64,000 nt of DNA from contig OZ024741.1 of NCBI GenBank assembly GCA_964016885.1, positions 203,174,001 through 203,238,000 of the forward strand, given 5' to 3'. Position numbers and translations under genes: made by a program. Below the pieces are notes generated by a model that had not been told where the DNA came from, searched no databases, and saw only the letters and a program-made list of their open reading frames with translations. The stretch is from Eledone cirrhosa (Eukaryota). Below are positions 37,540 through 52,484 of this stretch, piece after piece (positions within the stretch are counted from its first letter, which is position 1; every line of letters begins with the position of its first letter).

Positions 37540-37690
37540 GGGGGGGGGGTAGAGAGAGAAAGAGAGAAAGAGAAAGGGAGTAATTTAATCTCTTAGTGTT
37601 ATTTCATATATATCTACCTCACATTATACCCAATCTCTGAAGACCTTAGCGAAATACATTAGACATTTTGTAAAAGACGATCATATCATA

Positions 37691-37830
<140 letters not shown>

Positions 37831-38260
37831 GTATACTGTACACACATTGTTTATGTTTTTGTACATATTTTATGTCTACCACGTGTTTTTTTTCTGTTTT
37901 TTTTTCACTTATATTTACTTTGTTTTAAACTTTCACGCTGTTCAATTGTTTGCTTCTTGATCTTGTTGCATCGACCCCCACACACACCTTCACATCCAAA
38001 TACCCACACGCCCACACACACACGTATATAAATTAATTACAGAAACTCTGAAAATTAAATATACATTTTAATATTGAAGGAGATTAATGCGATATATAAA
38101 ATAGAATGTACCAGTCATTATACAGTTACTATAATGTAATAGTACTTGTGTTTAAAACATTACTGGATCATGGCATGTAACACCTGCTCAGACGTGTTAC
38201 ATGTTATACTTGTAAAGTGTTACAACGACATGTTACACATGCTATAGCGTGTTTTAGATG

Positions 38261-39072
38261 AACCAGTGACGCCTGCTGTAATGTGTTACAGCGGAGCCTG
38301 TGCCGTCTGCTATAACGTGTTACAGTTGAGCCAGTGGCGTCTCCTGTATCGTGTTACAGTTGAGCCAGTGACGTCTTCTGTAACGTGTTACAGTTGTGCC
38401 GGTGATGTCTTCTGTAACGTGTTACAGTTGAGCCAGTGACGTATTCTGCAATCTGTTACAGTTGAACTAGTGACGTCTCCTGTAACGTGTTACAGTTGAG
38501 CCAGTGACGTCTTCTGCTACGTGTTACAGTTGAACCAGTGACGTCTTCTGTAACGTGTTACAGTTGAGCCTGTGACGTATTCTGTAACGTGTTACAGTTA
38601 AACAAGTGATGCCTGCTGTAATGTGTTACAGCGGAGCCAGTGACGTATTCTTTAACGTGTTACAGTTGAACAAGTGACGCCTGCTGTCATGTGTTACAGC
38701 AGAGCCAGTGCCACCTACTATACTGTGTTACAGTTGAGCCAGTGACGTCTTCTGTAACGTGTTACAGTTGAGCCAGTGACGTCTTCTGTAATGTGTTGCA
38801 GTTGAACCAGTGACACCTGTTCTAATGTGTTACAGCGAAGCCAGTGACGTCTTCTGTAACATGTTACAGTTGGGCTATTGACGTCTTCCGTTTCGTGTTA
38901 CAGTTGAGCCAGTGACGTATTCTGTAAAGTGTTACAGTGGGGCCAGTGACGCTTTCTATGAGTTACAGCGGAGCCAGTGATGCCTACTATACCGTGTTAC
39001 AGCTACATGTGGTACTAGCTATAACGTGTTGCAACATGTTACACTTGCTATAACGTGTTATAGTTGAACCAG
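38261..39072. repeat. 34-bp minisatellite (tgtaacgtgttacagttgagccagtgacgtcttc), over 20 units
   Basis: Period 34 read directly (for example gttga at 38461 and 38495). Confidence 0.92.
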
Positions 39073-40987
39073 TAGATTAGGCGAGTCTACGAAGTCTATG
39101 TTTAATGCTTCGAATTAGTTCAACCGTGTTCTCTCCTTACCCCTCTCTCTCTCTCTCTCTGTTTCCCTCTTGTATGTATTATTACTGTTGATGTAGTAAT
39201 TTTATAGCAGTTATAATAAAGCAAGATAATCTCACCAATATAAAAAAGGAAGTTGTTATAGATTCAATTTCCATACACTGACTTGGTTGAAAGTTTTCAC
39301 TTATAATTAGACGATGGCAGAAATATGATACTGCAAACTAGTCGTACAGAAAATATTTATTCTTTGAAACTGTGACGACTCGTTAATTTTGCAACAAACA
39401 ATTTAACAATCAATCAATTAATTAGTCTACAGATATACCAGGGAATTTTTTTATTTATTTATTATATAATTGCAGTTGTACTTTTCACGGTATTTGTTTT
39501 AACTTAGAAGTTGGCTAATCCACATGAAATTAGCAAACCAAACGAAATCAAAAGAAATCAAACCATTAAATGTGAAAATACTGAAATAATTTGTGGTCTC
39601 GTAGTATTATGTTAGTAGTAATTACGAGGAGAATTGTGTGTGTAGTGATTTGATGGTCAGGGTGTTCAGCTCACAATCGGAAAGTAATGAGTTTGATTCC
39701 CAATTGAGAAAGGCAAGAATATCGTTGTTGCTAGTCTCTGTGTGTGTGATGGTCCTCCATCGGTTTCGACTAACAGTATTCCAGTTGTTTGATTAACGGA
39801 ACAGTTTGTTCGTGAAATAAACGTGAAAGTGGTTGAGCATTTCACAGACACGTGTACTCTTAACTTAGTTCCCGATGAGATTCAGCTTGACTCATTGTCT
39901 AACACGTCTTGCCTTGAATAACAGGTGCAACTTATTTTCGCCAGCTGTGTCGACTGGTGAAACGTGAAATTAAGTTTCTCGCTCAAGGCCACAACGCATC
40001 ACCGGGAATCAAACTCACGATAGTGAGCCGAACACTCTAACCACTAAGACATACGCCTTCACATGTCCAAATCTATACTGCTGTAGAAAGGCTTTTCTGC
40101 TTAATCAAAAAGAATGCATTTTATTTATTTATTTTGCCTCAAACAATTAACAACAATAACCGCCATAGTAACAAACTACTGCCATATAGAATGACATTGT
40201 TCAGACGCTAAAGGAACACATGCAGTGTAACATTTGTTAAATGTTCCAGATATGTTGATGTCATGGCATAATTTGATTATCCAGAACATACTTTAATTAT
40301 TCAGGATGAAAACTAACAATGTAATAAGTATGTTTGTGCGGCCTACAGTATATATAAAAATAGTCTGATTGTAATGATATATCATTAGCTTTGCCATACT
40401 ATAAAGCTACGTTTCAACCATTGAAATCTTGAACAGCCGGAAACACTATATTCTTTTACTCTTTTCTTTTACTGGTTTCAGGCATTTGACTGCGGTCATG
40501 TTGGGGTAGCAGCATAGTTATATTGTGGCATTATCCATAATACCCACAAGGCCAGGTAGACAGTTACAACCAATATATATATATACTTCCTTAAATATAT
40601 AATTGAATTAGCTTGAAAGGATCAACTCTTGCGTTAGAACCATTTGATCTGCGGTTAATGTTTTTTATGGGTTTAAAAGGTAATCACTGAAATGTTGCAC
40701 TTATGCTCTCGGCAAACTAGTGAGCTAGATTCTTAGTTGAACCATTTCACTGCGTTTACCTATGTGATGGAATGGCATCTCTGTTAGCAGTCTTTTTCGT
40801 TGAGTGTAGTATTCACGGCGGAATATTATCTCTACTAGAAATCTTTCCCATGTATTTTCAGGAACAATTTCTTCACTTATAGTGTCCATCTCGCACCCAA
40901 CTCCTCTTACCTATAAATAAGCTGTAGCATAGGCAATGAGGTATAAACATGGGTACAAACACATGCATTCGTACACACACACATACA

Positions 40988-41100
<113 letters not shown>

Positions 41101-41653
41101 GCGTGTGTGTGTGCATGTATGTATGTAAATTGATTGCCTTAACCTATAAACAAAACACTCAGTAAATGCCGTAAACCTACTCACATAATCTCCGCTAAAC
41201 AAACCCTTCACCCGCATTACCGATTTCGTAAACCAACATCAATCCGCACTAGACCCAAATGGGGAAGACAGACTATATCAATCTGCAGCTGTCATATTAC
41301 GTATTTTTAAATAAAACTATTATTACCTTTGTATATATACACGACGGGATTCTGCAGTTTCCATCATCCAATTTCCACTATTGATGCATTAGTCAATCCA
41401 AAGTTATATTAGAAGACATTTGTGTAAGGTGCAGCGCAGTGGGACTGGACACAGAACCACGGGATTCGGAAGTAAACACATTAACCATACAGCCATGTCT
41501 ACTTCTAAGGAAACTTTAATTATGTAATTGGAATACAAGGGTAAATTTCAGTGTAATGCTACAATATAAATATATCTTATGACTAACAAAATATGCATTA
41601 GTGTCAATTTAATTTAGTTCCACTTCCTCCTCCTTCTCGCCCTACTACTCGCC

Positions 41654-41740
<87 letters not shown>

Positions 41741-42258
41741 CCACCACCACCACTACTACTACATATACATATATATATATATATGCGCGCGTGTGTGTGC
41801 GTGTGTGGGTAAAATTTTCCGATCCCAATTTATCTTGTAAATAGGGAACAAGACAACGACATCTTGTAACTATGTTTCCATGAATACATTTGACATAGTC
41901 TGGAAGCTTGGAATGTATGAAGACTACTTAATGGGACAGTGTATCTCCCCAGAACATTGTTGTGGTAAACAATGAATAGACAACGAATACATGCAAAAAA
42001 ATGTTAGGTCTTTAGACTGGTGTGTGTGTATGGGAGGTGAGTACATATTTAAAGAAAAGGTCATTTGGGTAATGTAGTGTTTATGAAAGCGGCGAAGAAG
42101 CAGAATGTCTAGAACGTCTGATGGAGTGGTTCGCGGTAGTCATTCTGGTTCTCTGCACTCCAGGTTTAAATCCCGCCGAGGTCAACCTTTCCTGTCATCC
42201 TTTCGAGAACGACATAAGTACCAGTTTGATACTGAGTCGATCTCCGCCCCCTCTCGCG

Positions 42259-42312
<54 letters not shown>

Positions 42313-42765
42313 ATAATAATAAATGTGAAGACTAAAATCTGAAGAGGGCTCGATAAGGATAAAATATATATAAAAATATATAAAAACCGTAGAGCAAATA
42401 TTTATTAAAATAACAGATTAAAGTTTAAGCAAATAATCGCTGCTTTCACCCTTAACGGGATCTTCTGAAACAAAAAAAAACAAATTCAATCTGTGGACGC
42501 AGGAAGACGATACTTTGGTTCGTGAAGACGTTCCAAATGAACGGAAAAAAACGAGGATAATTACGCCGTTATGTGGAGCGGTGAGAACAATTTCACGCAA
42601 ATACGAAAAAACAAAACCACGTTTATGGTATAAATGGAGTCATTAGACTAATGTTCTATTTAGGAAACCGAATGATTCTCAGCTCCGGAGTTTAAGAATA
42701 ATGTAAATAAATTTGTTGAACGAAAATGACAGAGGTTATTAAAATCGTAAGGTAAGTAATAATAG

Positions 42766-43288
<523 letters not shown>

Positions 43289-43453
43289 GTAGAACACTGG
43301 ATGGTAATATCCGTAGTGGTAGAGCCCTCAGTCCATGGGGCGAATTTGATAGAAGATATAACAGAACGGTTAGTTCACCATACCTCCATACCGATAATAA
43401 TTGTTTTGAAACAATTGTTCTTGGCATGGTGAACTAACTGTTGTGTTACTACT

Positions 43454-43529
<76 letters not shown>

Positions 43530-43533
<4 letters not shown>

Positions 43534-43645
43534 CGAGATCCATGTCCTGCATCTCCAAGAGACCAGTGTCTGTCCTTAGGACATCAACATATGTTAACCT
43601 CGGTCTTCCAGTGTGTCCATGCAGGAGCTCCCACAGGATCACTGA

Positions 43646-43647
<2 letters not shown>
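43530..43647 (-). mobile_element. Small RTE-like LINE fragment inside (TA)n
   Basis: ILWELLHGHTGRPRLTYVDVLRTDTGL. Confidence 0.5.
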
Positions 43648-43701
<54 letters not shown>

Positions 43702-44161
43702 CTTTCTTGGCTAAGCTGCTGCGCACCGGGCTTTTATCGCTTTCTTTTCAGTTGAAGTACATTGGTTTATAACCCTTTTTTTAGCTTTGTTTGTGCAATT
43801 CGTCAAAAGGCACAATTTGTTTTATGTCTCCCTGTCCAGTTCTGTTATCTTCCCACGTGCACTGGAATGGATAGTCTCAGTTTTAATGTACAGAAGCTAT
43901 ACGGATTTCCAGAAGTTGACTGAAGAGAAGGGACAATCTGTTTTTTCCGTTGTTTTTTCCATTGTCTTTTTCTTGTGCTCCCACCCACATTTTGATTGCT
44001 ATCAAATATGGTCTCAAATACGTCGGTCATTTTAACACCTATCTGTACCCCCCCCCCCATATACAAAGTGCATCAGTCTTTTGAAGACATTTTTTTTTCT
44101 TGAGCTCTAGATTTCTTATTACTAACTTGTTTTTATTTATTTTTTATTTTTCAGATAAATA

Positions 44162-44630
44162 ATGTCAGACATTAAATTGACTCAGCAAATGAAAAGGCAC
44201 GCTGTAATCGTTGCCTTAAAAGCACGACATAGTGATACAGCAATAGATTCCTTCTTGAAAGTTGCTCGATCCTTCGTCGTCAAAGTTAGAAAGGAACTGG
44301 AAGCTGCTGACGGGGATCCGACATTAGCAGCCAAGCGCAAAACGCATGCACAATCAGAACGCCTACGTTTATAAAATAGTTTTAAAATTAATCGATAGTC
44401 AATCAGAGCCATCGCCAAAGAACTTAAAATGTCAGAATGCACCATCAGAAGTGTTGTCCATGAAGACATCCGATACAAGTCGTATGTGATGCGGAGAGAC
44501 CAGTTAATGCCGGATGTGATAAAAAAAAATTGTTTGGTCCGTGCAAAGTGCATATTGAATTAGATAAAACATCAAGAAACTGGAATGCTTTGGTTGTTTT
44601 CTGATGAGAAAAATTTGATCAGGACTAAAA
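44162..44630 (+). pseudogene. Tc1/mariner (maT-like) transposase N-terminal relic
   Basis: HTH-like IRAIAKELKMSECTIRSVVHEDIRYKSY followed by WLFSDEKNF. Confidence 0.75.
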
Positions 44631-45273
44631 GAGATAATGGTTACCTGTTTATATGCATACACATCGACACAAGGAATATTGGTAGGATATGCCCATTAAA
44701 ACAATATTAAGGTCATCGGCCGGAAAAACTGTCCTGTGATAAATTTAGGGATTGCTTTTCTATCATATAATATATACAACACAAGGAATGTTGGTGAGAC
44801 ATTCACATCAAAAATACAAGAAACCGATATATTTGTTCAGGAATGAAAAGAAAAAATATGTAAACTTATGGAAGTCACTTGTGAACGTTTATTATAAAAT
44901 CTATGAGAAAGAAAATAAATACGAACAACTGCGTCGAAACCTTCAGATTCTCTAATTCGATTATAAATTAACTCCAATAATCATTGGTGCTAGTAAATGT
45001 ACAAAATAAGCTATAAGTGGAACTGTAAAAATATGCAAGATGTTTCTGAAGTTCAACATTTAACATTAACCACTTTTGTAACTCAAATGATTCTTTTTCT
45101 TCGCCTTGCTCACAGGAAAAATTCAAATTTTTACAAAAGAAAGAAAAATATACATGCATCCGTCGTATGTATTTCTGTCTGTCTATCTGTCTGTCTATAT
45201 GTATGTATGTATATACATACATAATATAATACCTCTTTGTAATATATATATACATACATAATATAATAACTGT

Positions 45274-45348
<75 letters not shown>

Positions 45349-45497
45349 AGAGTCGGCACCCCGACGGCTGAGTCCTTGCCGTTTCAACAGCTATTTCTGA
45401 AACTAGCTGTTGAAACGGCAATACCTCAGCCGCCGTCGATGTCTCTACTACCCCAAATATCTAGTTCTCTGGCGAGTTTCAAACTGAATCCATCCTG

Positions 45498-45571
<74 letters not shown>

Positions 45572-45739
45572 GAATATATGAGAGGGATGGACATAGATAT
45601 AAGTATCCATGTGTTCCAATTGCAAATGACCAAGTTAGCTAGGTTGAAAAATACTAATTTAAAACAATATGGTTTGCCTGACTCGATTTAAAGTAATAAA
45701 TCAATAAAAATAACAAACATATATCGGGCAACAGCCTTT

Positions 45740-45818
45740 GATACCAGGACAGACCTAAATCTGTTTCTCAAGAATTATTAAATGAAAGCCACAATTCCTG
45801 TGCTCTTCAGCGGCTATC
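45740..45818 (-). ncRNA. Partly decayed type I hammerhead
   Basis: Reverse complement: gatagccg CTGAAGA gca caggaattg...taattcttg a GAAAC agatttaggtct GTC ctggtatc. Confidence 0.5.
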
Positions 45819-45979
45819 CCGGATATTCGTACCTTTCACTTAAAACGATCTAAGAAGGCTGAACGATATGCTGATATAAAAGCACATGTCGCAGCGCCTA
45901 GCGCGTCTCATACTCATGCCGCTAAAAATAGCAGCCGGGTTTATGAGTCTAAAGTTAGCTCTACATAAGGAGCCGAGAA

Positions 45980-46106
45980 TATCATAGATTGAGTTAGAAA
46001 CTCAAAATAGTCTTTTACAATTAAATAGTTCATACACAGCTCGGAAAGATTCCCTTCTTTGAGCTATTTAAATGTAAAAGACTATTTTGAGTTTCTAACT
46101 CAAATA

Positions 46107-46110
<4 letters not shown>
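45980..46110. repeat. Fold-back inverted repeat (about 50-bp arms) abutting (TA)n
   Basis: ttgagttagaaactcaaaatagtcttttaca and its reverse complement. Confidence 0.85.
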
Positions 46111-46158
<48 letters not shown>

Positions 46159-46489
46159 ATAGATAGTTTATTTTTTTAAAAAAGTTATACGGAGAGGTTA
46201 AACTCCGAGGCATAAAAATCTGAGGGTTGTCGTATTTTCCGTGGCATTTGCACCGAAGACATGTGTTGTCAGTTCCAAAAAGTGTGGTTGATCGTACACA
46301 AGCCTTCACCACTTAAAACAAAACTTTCTGTGGATAGTTCAGCATCAGTTCACTTTCTCACATTTCCGCCAGTCTTTTGCAGACGGAGTCCGTAGGCGAT
46401 GGGGATTGAAATGTCACATGAGACACTGCCATCCAGAGAACTAAACTTTTATTGGACACTCATATGTCAGATATCGACGAGAGAGTCCA

Positions 46490-46542
<53 letters not shown>

Positions 46543-48642
46543 CGTACATGCATACGAACGTACATAGATACATACACATTTAGTTAAATAAAGTGCATTC
46601 ACAAATCAACAACTGAGACACGTTGATTTGAACATATGAATGTTGTATTTCATACGTAGGTTCATGAGATTTAACTCATCGTTTCAAGTATTAGATACAT
46701 GGAATGTAATGGACCTCGGTCGGTTTTGACGATGAATATTCCAGCTGTTCACATTAACATGTTGAGTATTTCACAGAGACTTGTACCTTTAACAATGTAT
46801 ATGACAAGACTGGCAGAGTTTTCATCTGGCTAGTATCTCTCACAAGGTATGGGTTACTCCAAGGTTATTGTAAATGACATTTGCATAATATTCCATGCAA
46901 GATAATTGAACCGAAACCTAATGATTGTAAAACGAACTCCTTAGCCATTAAGTCCACATTAAATATATAAACCTTCTGTGAATATACAAAAACCAAAACA
47001 ATACATACTGCATTGTGATTGGTGGATATTCTGGACATGTTTCCTTCAGTCACGTCTGTATTTTCGTGACTCGGGAAAGTTACCGAATTATGAAATTGTT
47101 CTCTGCCACTTTCTCTTTCATAACGTGAGAAAAGCTACTCTGATTTTACAAAATTAAGGTTTAGGGAATATATTTTGAGTATTAACTATTTAAATTTTAA
47201 ACTTTTATAGTTAAACATTCTTTGCCCATGAACTTTGTAGACAGCAACGATTTATCGATCTCTCTTTTGATTTCTATTCATGTATTGATCACCTGCACCT
47301 TTCCTTCTAGCTATGGCAGTTTATATCAACCAATTTAAGAGCTCCTGGTGACAAGTGAGCTGCGTGACAAGTTAGAAAAACTAAAATTTACTTATAGAAT
47401 TTTGGAGATAAGCCACCTACTTCTTAAAATTCATATTTTTAAGCATCTTATATTATTTATTTCAGTTTTAAGTAAGGCAGCCAATATATAATAAAAATAT
47501 GAGGTGGTAGGCGAGTATTTCATATCTCTTTTCGAAAGAAATATATGGTCGCGACACTAAGTAGTATTTCAAGTGGTGCGTAGTAGGGAGTAGATTCATA
47601 CTGAACTAATTATAACGTTGACTACATTGCTTGTGTCAGTCACTTGAAATGATTGATATCTATGTCGTAGCGAGATAATTAGATTAAGAATTACATATTT
47701 TAATTATCGGTTTCTTACGCATAGATTCATAAATTTGAAAGAGGTTAATGAGACTTTGGGATATTCAAGTTTTTCTTAAAGACATTCGAGATGTAAATAT
47801 AATGAATTGATTTCAACTGGGAATTGAAACTGCACTGCCGACACAGATTAGAGGCTGTTACTGTATCTATTCGACGGTGCTTGACACACATTTTAATTGG
47901 TAATTTCATTTGATTAGATTTGAATGAAATACATACGATTGAATCATTCCCACTTACCGTAGACAGAAACTGTTTGGAAGTTCTTCAGGTTAACTGTACT
48001 TGTCACACATTATGTCACTTGGAATCTCCCGGAGAATTACCTTATAGAATTCCCAGCCACTTAGATTATAATACAAAAAGAAATGTGCTTGTAATTAAAA
48101 GGGCCAGTCGTTTAACATAGTGGTACTTTGAATCTACCTGAGGGTATACGTGCCTGTGAAATGTTCAACCACTTACACTTTAATTTCACGTGCAGGCTGT
48201 ACCGTTGATGGAACAACTCTAACACTCGTTGTCAAAACCGACAAAGGCCCATCCCCAAACCGACAAAGGCCCATCCCACATCCAGTAAACCATGCAATCT
48301 ACACATGCTACAACACATTCTATTTTCTCTGTCAGTAGTCCTTATGTTTATATAACGTTTACTCCATTTCAAGCAAGAAAAATTGTTTTCTGACAGCTTT
48401 TTCACAATATCATTAACTTCTGTGGTACATTTTGACATTGTGTATGTGGTTCAGAAAACTGAAATCAATGATTGCACATTGATCAGTGATTGGACATAGA
48501 TGAATGAAATGATGTATTAATTACAATGGTGGATCTAGTTAAACGTTCAACGATGCTGATTGGTTTGTTCTGGATCTTTACAAATTAAAAATTTCACACT
48601 TTCGTAAGAATAACAAAAGGAATGGCCCATTAATCTGTTCAA

Positions 48643-48738
<96 letters not shown>

Positions 48739-49024
48739 AAACAAGGGCTGTGTGATTACTTGATAAAGTGTATTTAGAAATAAATGGAAAGCGAACGGGG
48801 GGACAGTCCCTTCTTCAGTTGTCTGCTGGAGGTCACGGACATTTCAACGCATTCAAGCCAATATGTTTAAGTCCAGTGCGTCAATAACTTGTGAAAGTTA
48901 TTGGGGAAGGAAAAAAGGAGGGAGAAATAAAATCAAACAGAAGGGAAAAAAAAGCAAAAAAAAAAGCAGAGAACATACCGAAGAAAGGGGGAACACGAGG
49001 AGAAGCACATGTATGTAAGTAACC

Positions 49025-49112
<88 letters not shown>

Positions 49113-49119
<7 letters not shown>

Positions 49120-49224
49120 ATACTTGGGGAGGGTCATATTTGTGTAATATTGCCAGAATTAATAACAGAACACACTCACTGTTTGGTTGGTTTTCGCTTT
49201 TCGCAAAACTAATTCATCGCCGTT
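49113..49224. mobile_element. Tiny PLE-end fragment with an internal inversion
   Basis: 49113-49198 matches 23232-23318. 49201-49222 is the reverse complement of 23177-23198. Confidence 0.75.
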
Positions 49225-49271
49225 ATATATATATATATATATATATATCCCGGTTACTTGATTAGGCGATA

Positions 49272-49381
49272 CCCGCTGATGAAGCCGCATAAGCCGATTG
49301 TGCATTGTTGCATAATATATGCAGACAGATGGTGCAGTGCACCTTACTGCTGCATTAGTGCGGCAGAAACTCGAGTCCGGG
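49272..49381 (+). ncRNA. Type I hammerhead with large branched stem II
   Basis: cccg CTGATGA a gccgca...tgcggc a GAAAC tcga GTC cggg. It lies in a 280-bp island between (TA)n runs. Confidence 0.75.
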
Positions 49382-49534
49382 AACCTTATAGGCACTCGTT
49401 TTACGTGTGTTGTGTTGAGGCAAATAACTATGTATATACTCTGTGTATCTTACATTGCCCATTGAGTGCGCTGAGATACAACCGGTCCTGGCATTGATAA
49501 ATATGCTGGGTCCGTCAACCCTTATTATTATATA

Positions 49535-49614
<80 letters not shown>

Positions 49615-49620
49615 ATATAT

Positions 49621-49756
49621 ATAGGAACGAGTAGGGCCCGACGGCTTGAGCTCAGCCGTCGGGGTCCTACTCGTTCCTATCACCCACTCTACTACCCTAA
49701 GTATTGAGTACTTTGGTGAGTTATGGTCCATCTGGTTCCTTACCACATTTCCTTCG

Positions 49757-49758
<2 letters not shown>
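49621..49758 (+). mobile_element. Hairpin-headed short element; other copies at 51587-51865 and 56469-56658, diverged copy at about 45350-45500
   Basis: Shared 3' body ttcctat.acccactctactacc...ccacatttccttcgtta(TA)n, preceded by a palindrome of variable length. Confidence 0.8.
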
Positions 49759-49803
<45 letters not shown>

Positions 49804-50926
49804 TATATTTATATATATACATAAGTCCGAGGCTTTATTGACAGCGAGATAGGGAGAGCGAAGAAAAATAAGTCAATAAAATAAAGGGATAGTGGCCCCC
49901 AAACTGTGGTGTCTGTCCTAAATAGAAAGCTAATCATAGCTGTGATAAAGTTAAAAGAATGTTATCTCTGATCGAGACGAAGCGAGAGTGTGTTTGATTG
50001 AATACATATAATTTTGATAAAACTCATCACTATGACAGCCGTTAAAACAGCTAAATTCTGTCAAAGACAGCGATGAGCAAGAATGCCTCAGAATAGTAGA
50101 GAGGCGATGAGGGTGAAGATGGGTGTGTGTGTAAACTTGTCTTGTACATCACCTTTTTTTATTTCCTTCTTCCAGTCACTTCTGTGCGCCAGCGCACTTT
50201 TCCTTGTCCTCCTCCTCTTTTAATATTTTCTATATTTCATTTGCTTATCAATCACCTTGTGGATTGTCTCTCCGTTAACCACTGGCCGCTTGTCTCTGTC
50301 CTGATACAAAAGGGCTAAAGAGAAGTGGTTTAGAAGCATTTATTTCCCCTACCTCCACGTTCTGAATTAAAATCCCATCGAGGTCGTCATTGCATTTCTT
50401 GCACCCAGGATCGATAGAATAATGTACCAATTGAGTACTTGGCTCGATTTAATCGAAATGATTATCATTTCACTCCCACTAACATTGCTGGCCTTCTGCT
50501 TAATGTAGAAACCATTATAACAATAACTCAAGATTTAGTCTCATTCGGTCATATCATACAATTATACGTATAACTCAATACAGAACCGGAAACTTTTTCA
50601 CAATCATTCATAATTATGTAAACAAATTGTGATAATACTACTACTATTGTAATTCCAGTAATCTTTTTCTATTTTTCTATATTTCTCATTTTCACTAAGC
50701 TGCCTCGTACCTTGATTCTATCTCTTCCTTTACGGTTGAAACACATGGGTTTGGAGCAATTTTTATTTCTTTCGTCACAAAAGGCATAACATTTCCTACG
50801 ACACCCTGTTTTATTGCGCCCCAATGTGCACTGGAATGAATAGTGTCAGCCTTGAAGCGCTGAAACTATAGTGATTTTCAGAGGTTATCATTGTCCTGTG
50901 CGCTCCCCGTTATATACATATGTATA

Positions 50927-51040
<114 letters not shown>

Positions 51041-51119
51041 CGTATATGTATATATACATGCATATATATATTTATGTGTGCGTCTGTGTTTATCTATGTT
51101 GTCACTCATTCTCTCTCAC

Positions 51120-51167
<48 letters not shown>

Positions 51168-51268
51168 TTCCTACGTATTTATGTATACTTAGATACAAGC
51201 CCACGTTTCTTATAGGAATGCAAACGAGAAAAAGACTATTCAATACATGTAGTAGATTATATATATTT

Positions 51269-51308
<40 letters not shown>

Positions 51309-51546
51309 AAGTACTTGTTTGCTTATATATTTAATTATTTGTGTAAAGTCAATGATTCACTCCACAGCTACGAGACGTTCGTTCGGGCTCATAAAAAGCT
51401 CATAAAATTGGTTGTTAGCCCCCAATTCTTAACATTAGGCAGTTGAGAAATATATATTCTCTACTGGATAGGACGTCATTTGAGCACCTCCATCATTCCA
51501 TTCCGACAAGGCTGATTCAGTAAAGAATAGAAAATGTAAGCACTAC

Positions 51547-51586
<40 letters not shown>

Positions 51587-51591
<5 letters not shown>

Positions 51592-51863
51592 AACCAGTAA
51601 GACCCCGACAGCTGAGCTCAAGCCGTTTCGACGGCTAATTCTGGACTAAATGAAAATTTATCCTGGTATTTAAATACGTATATGTATATATACATGCATT
51701 TAAATACCAGGATAAATTTTCATTTAGTCCAGAATTAGCCGTCGAAACGGCTTGAGCTCAGCTGTCGGGGTCTTACTGGTTCCTATTACCCACTCTACTA
51801 CCTCAAGTATCGAGTACTTTGGTGCGTTATGGTCCACCTGGTTCCTTACCACATTTCCTTCGT

Positions 51864-51865
<2 letters not shown>
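51587..51865 (+). mobile_element. Hairpin-headed short element, long-palindrome copy
   Basis: Near-perfect palindrome 51587-51786 followed by the family body. Confidence 0.8.
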
Positions 51866-51904
<39 letters not shown>

Positions 51905-51985
51905 TTCTATATATATACATATATGTGTGTGTGTGTGTATATACATATATATGTATGTATATTCTGTTAATATTAATTTAATTAC

Positions 51986-52165
51986 AGGGCGGTGGATTGA
52001 CAGTATCGGTAGAGGGTTGGACGTCATGCTTTCGTTTCGTCCCTTTACGGACTGAGTTCAAATCTCGCTGAGGTTAACTTTTCCTTTCATCCTTACGGGG
52101 TCGATAAAATAAAGTACCAGTAATGTACTGGTTAATTGCTGGCCTTGTGTCCAAAGTAGAAACAA
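51986..52165 (+). mobile_element. SINE family A copy (others at about 9700-9860, 10025-10143, 19888-20015, 36935-37060, 42088-42250 and 50320-50520)
   Basis: Same head, core and tail as the other family A copies. Confidence 0.75.
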
Positions 52166-52426
52166 TTAATTTAATTACACCACTTACTGTGTAAATAGAA
52201 TTATTTGTATACCTCTAGCTCTCTTTAGAGTATAGTATATTTTGTACCAAAAGATCGTAGTTCGCAAAATATCTATAGTTATTTATCATTCTTTATCATT
52301 GATAAGTTTTAATTACGTTTTTAGGCTTCCATAGATTTTAATGTTTTCCTTTACAATATTTCAAAATACGTTTTTCGCTCTTTTCTTTCACTGGAATTCT
52401 AGAACAAGGTATTTGTATTTGATCGA

Positions 52427-52484
52427 TTCTGATGAGTTATTTTAACAGGAATGAATATTCTTGTTAGTCTAACGAAACAGTCGA
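52427..52484 (+). ncRNA. Hammerhead-like motif with weak stem I
   Basis: CTGATGA gtta..taacaggaat-gaat-attcttgtta..taac GAAAC a GTC. Confidence 0.45.

Noticed and set aside
37634-37663. tct CTGAAGA ccttagc GAAA tacatt aga
   Set aside because: Stem II is essentially absent, so this is plausible by chance.
38261-39072. CRISPR-like periodic array
   Set aside because: Contiguous tandem units without unique spacers, no cas genes, and a eukaryotic context.
42522-42550. GTGAAGA cgttc-caaat-gaacg GAAA
   Set aside because: G3/G8 mismatch and no stem III or NUH site.
43740-43930. Dispersed repeat shared with about 50720-50890, possibly a PLE endonuclease tail
   Set aside because: Similarity is visible but the family cannot be assigned.
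50011-50066. TTGATAA...AAAAC ag..ct GTC, a possible third U3:A8 HHR
   Set aside because: Catalytic G12 is missing and stems I and II are weak.
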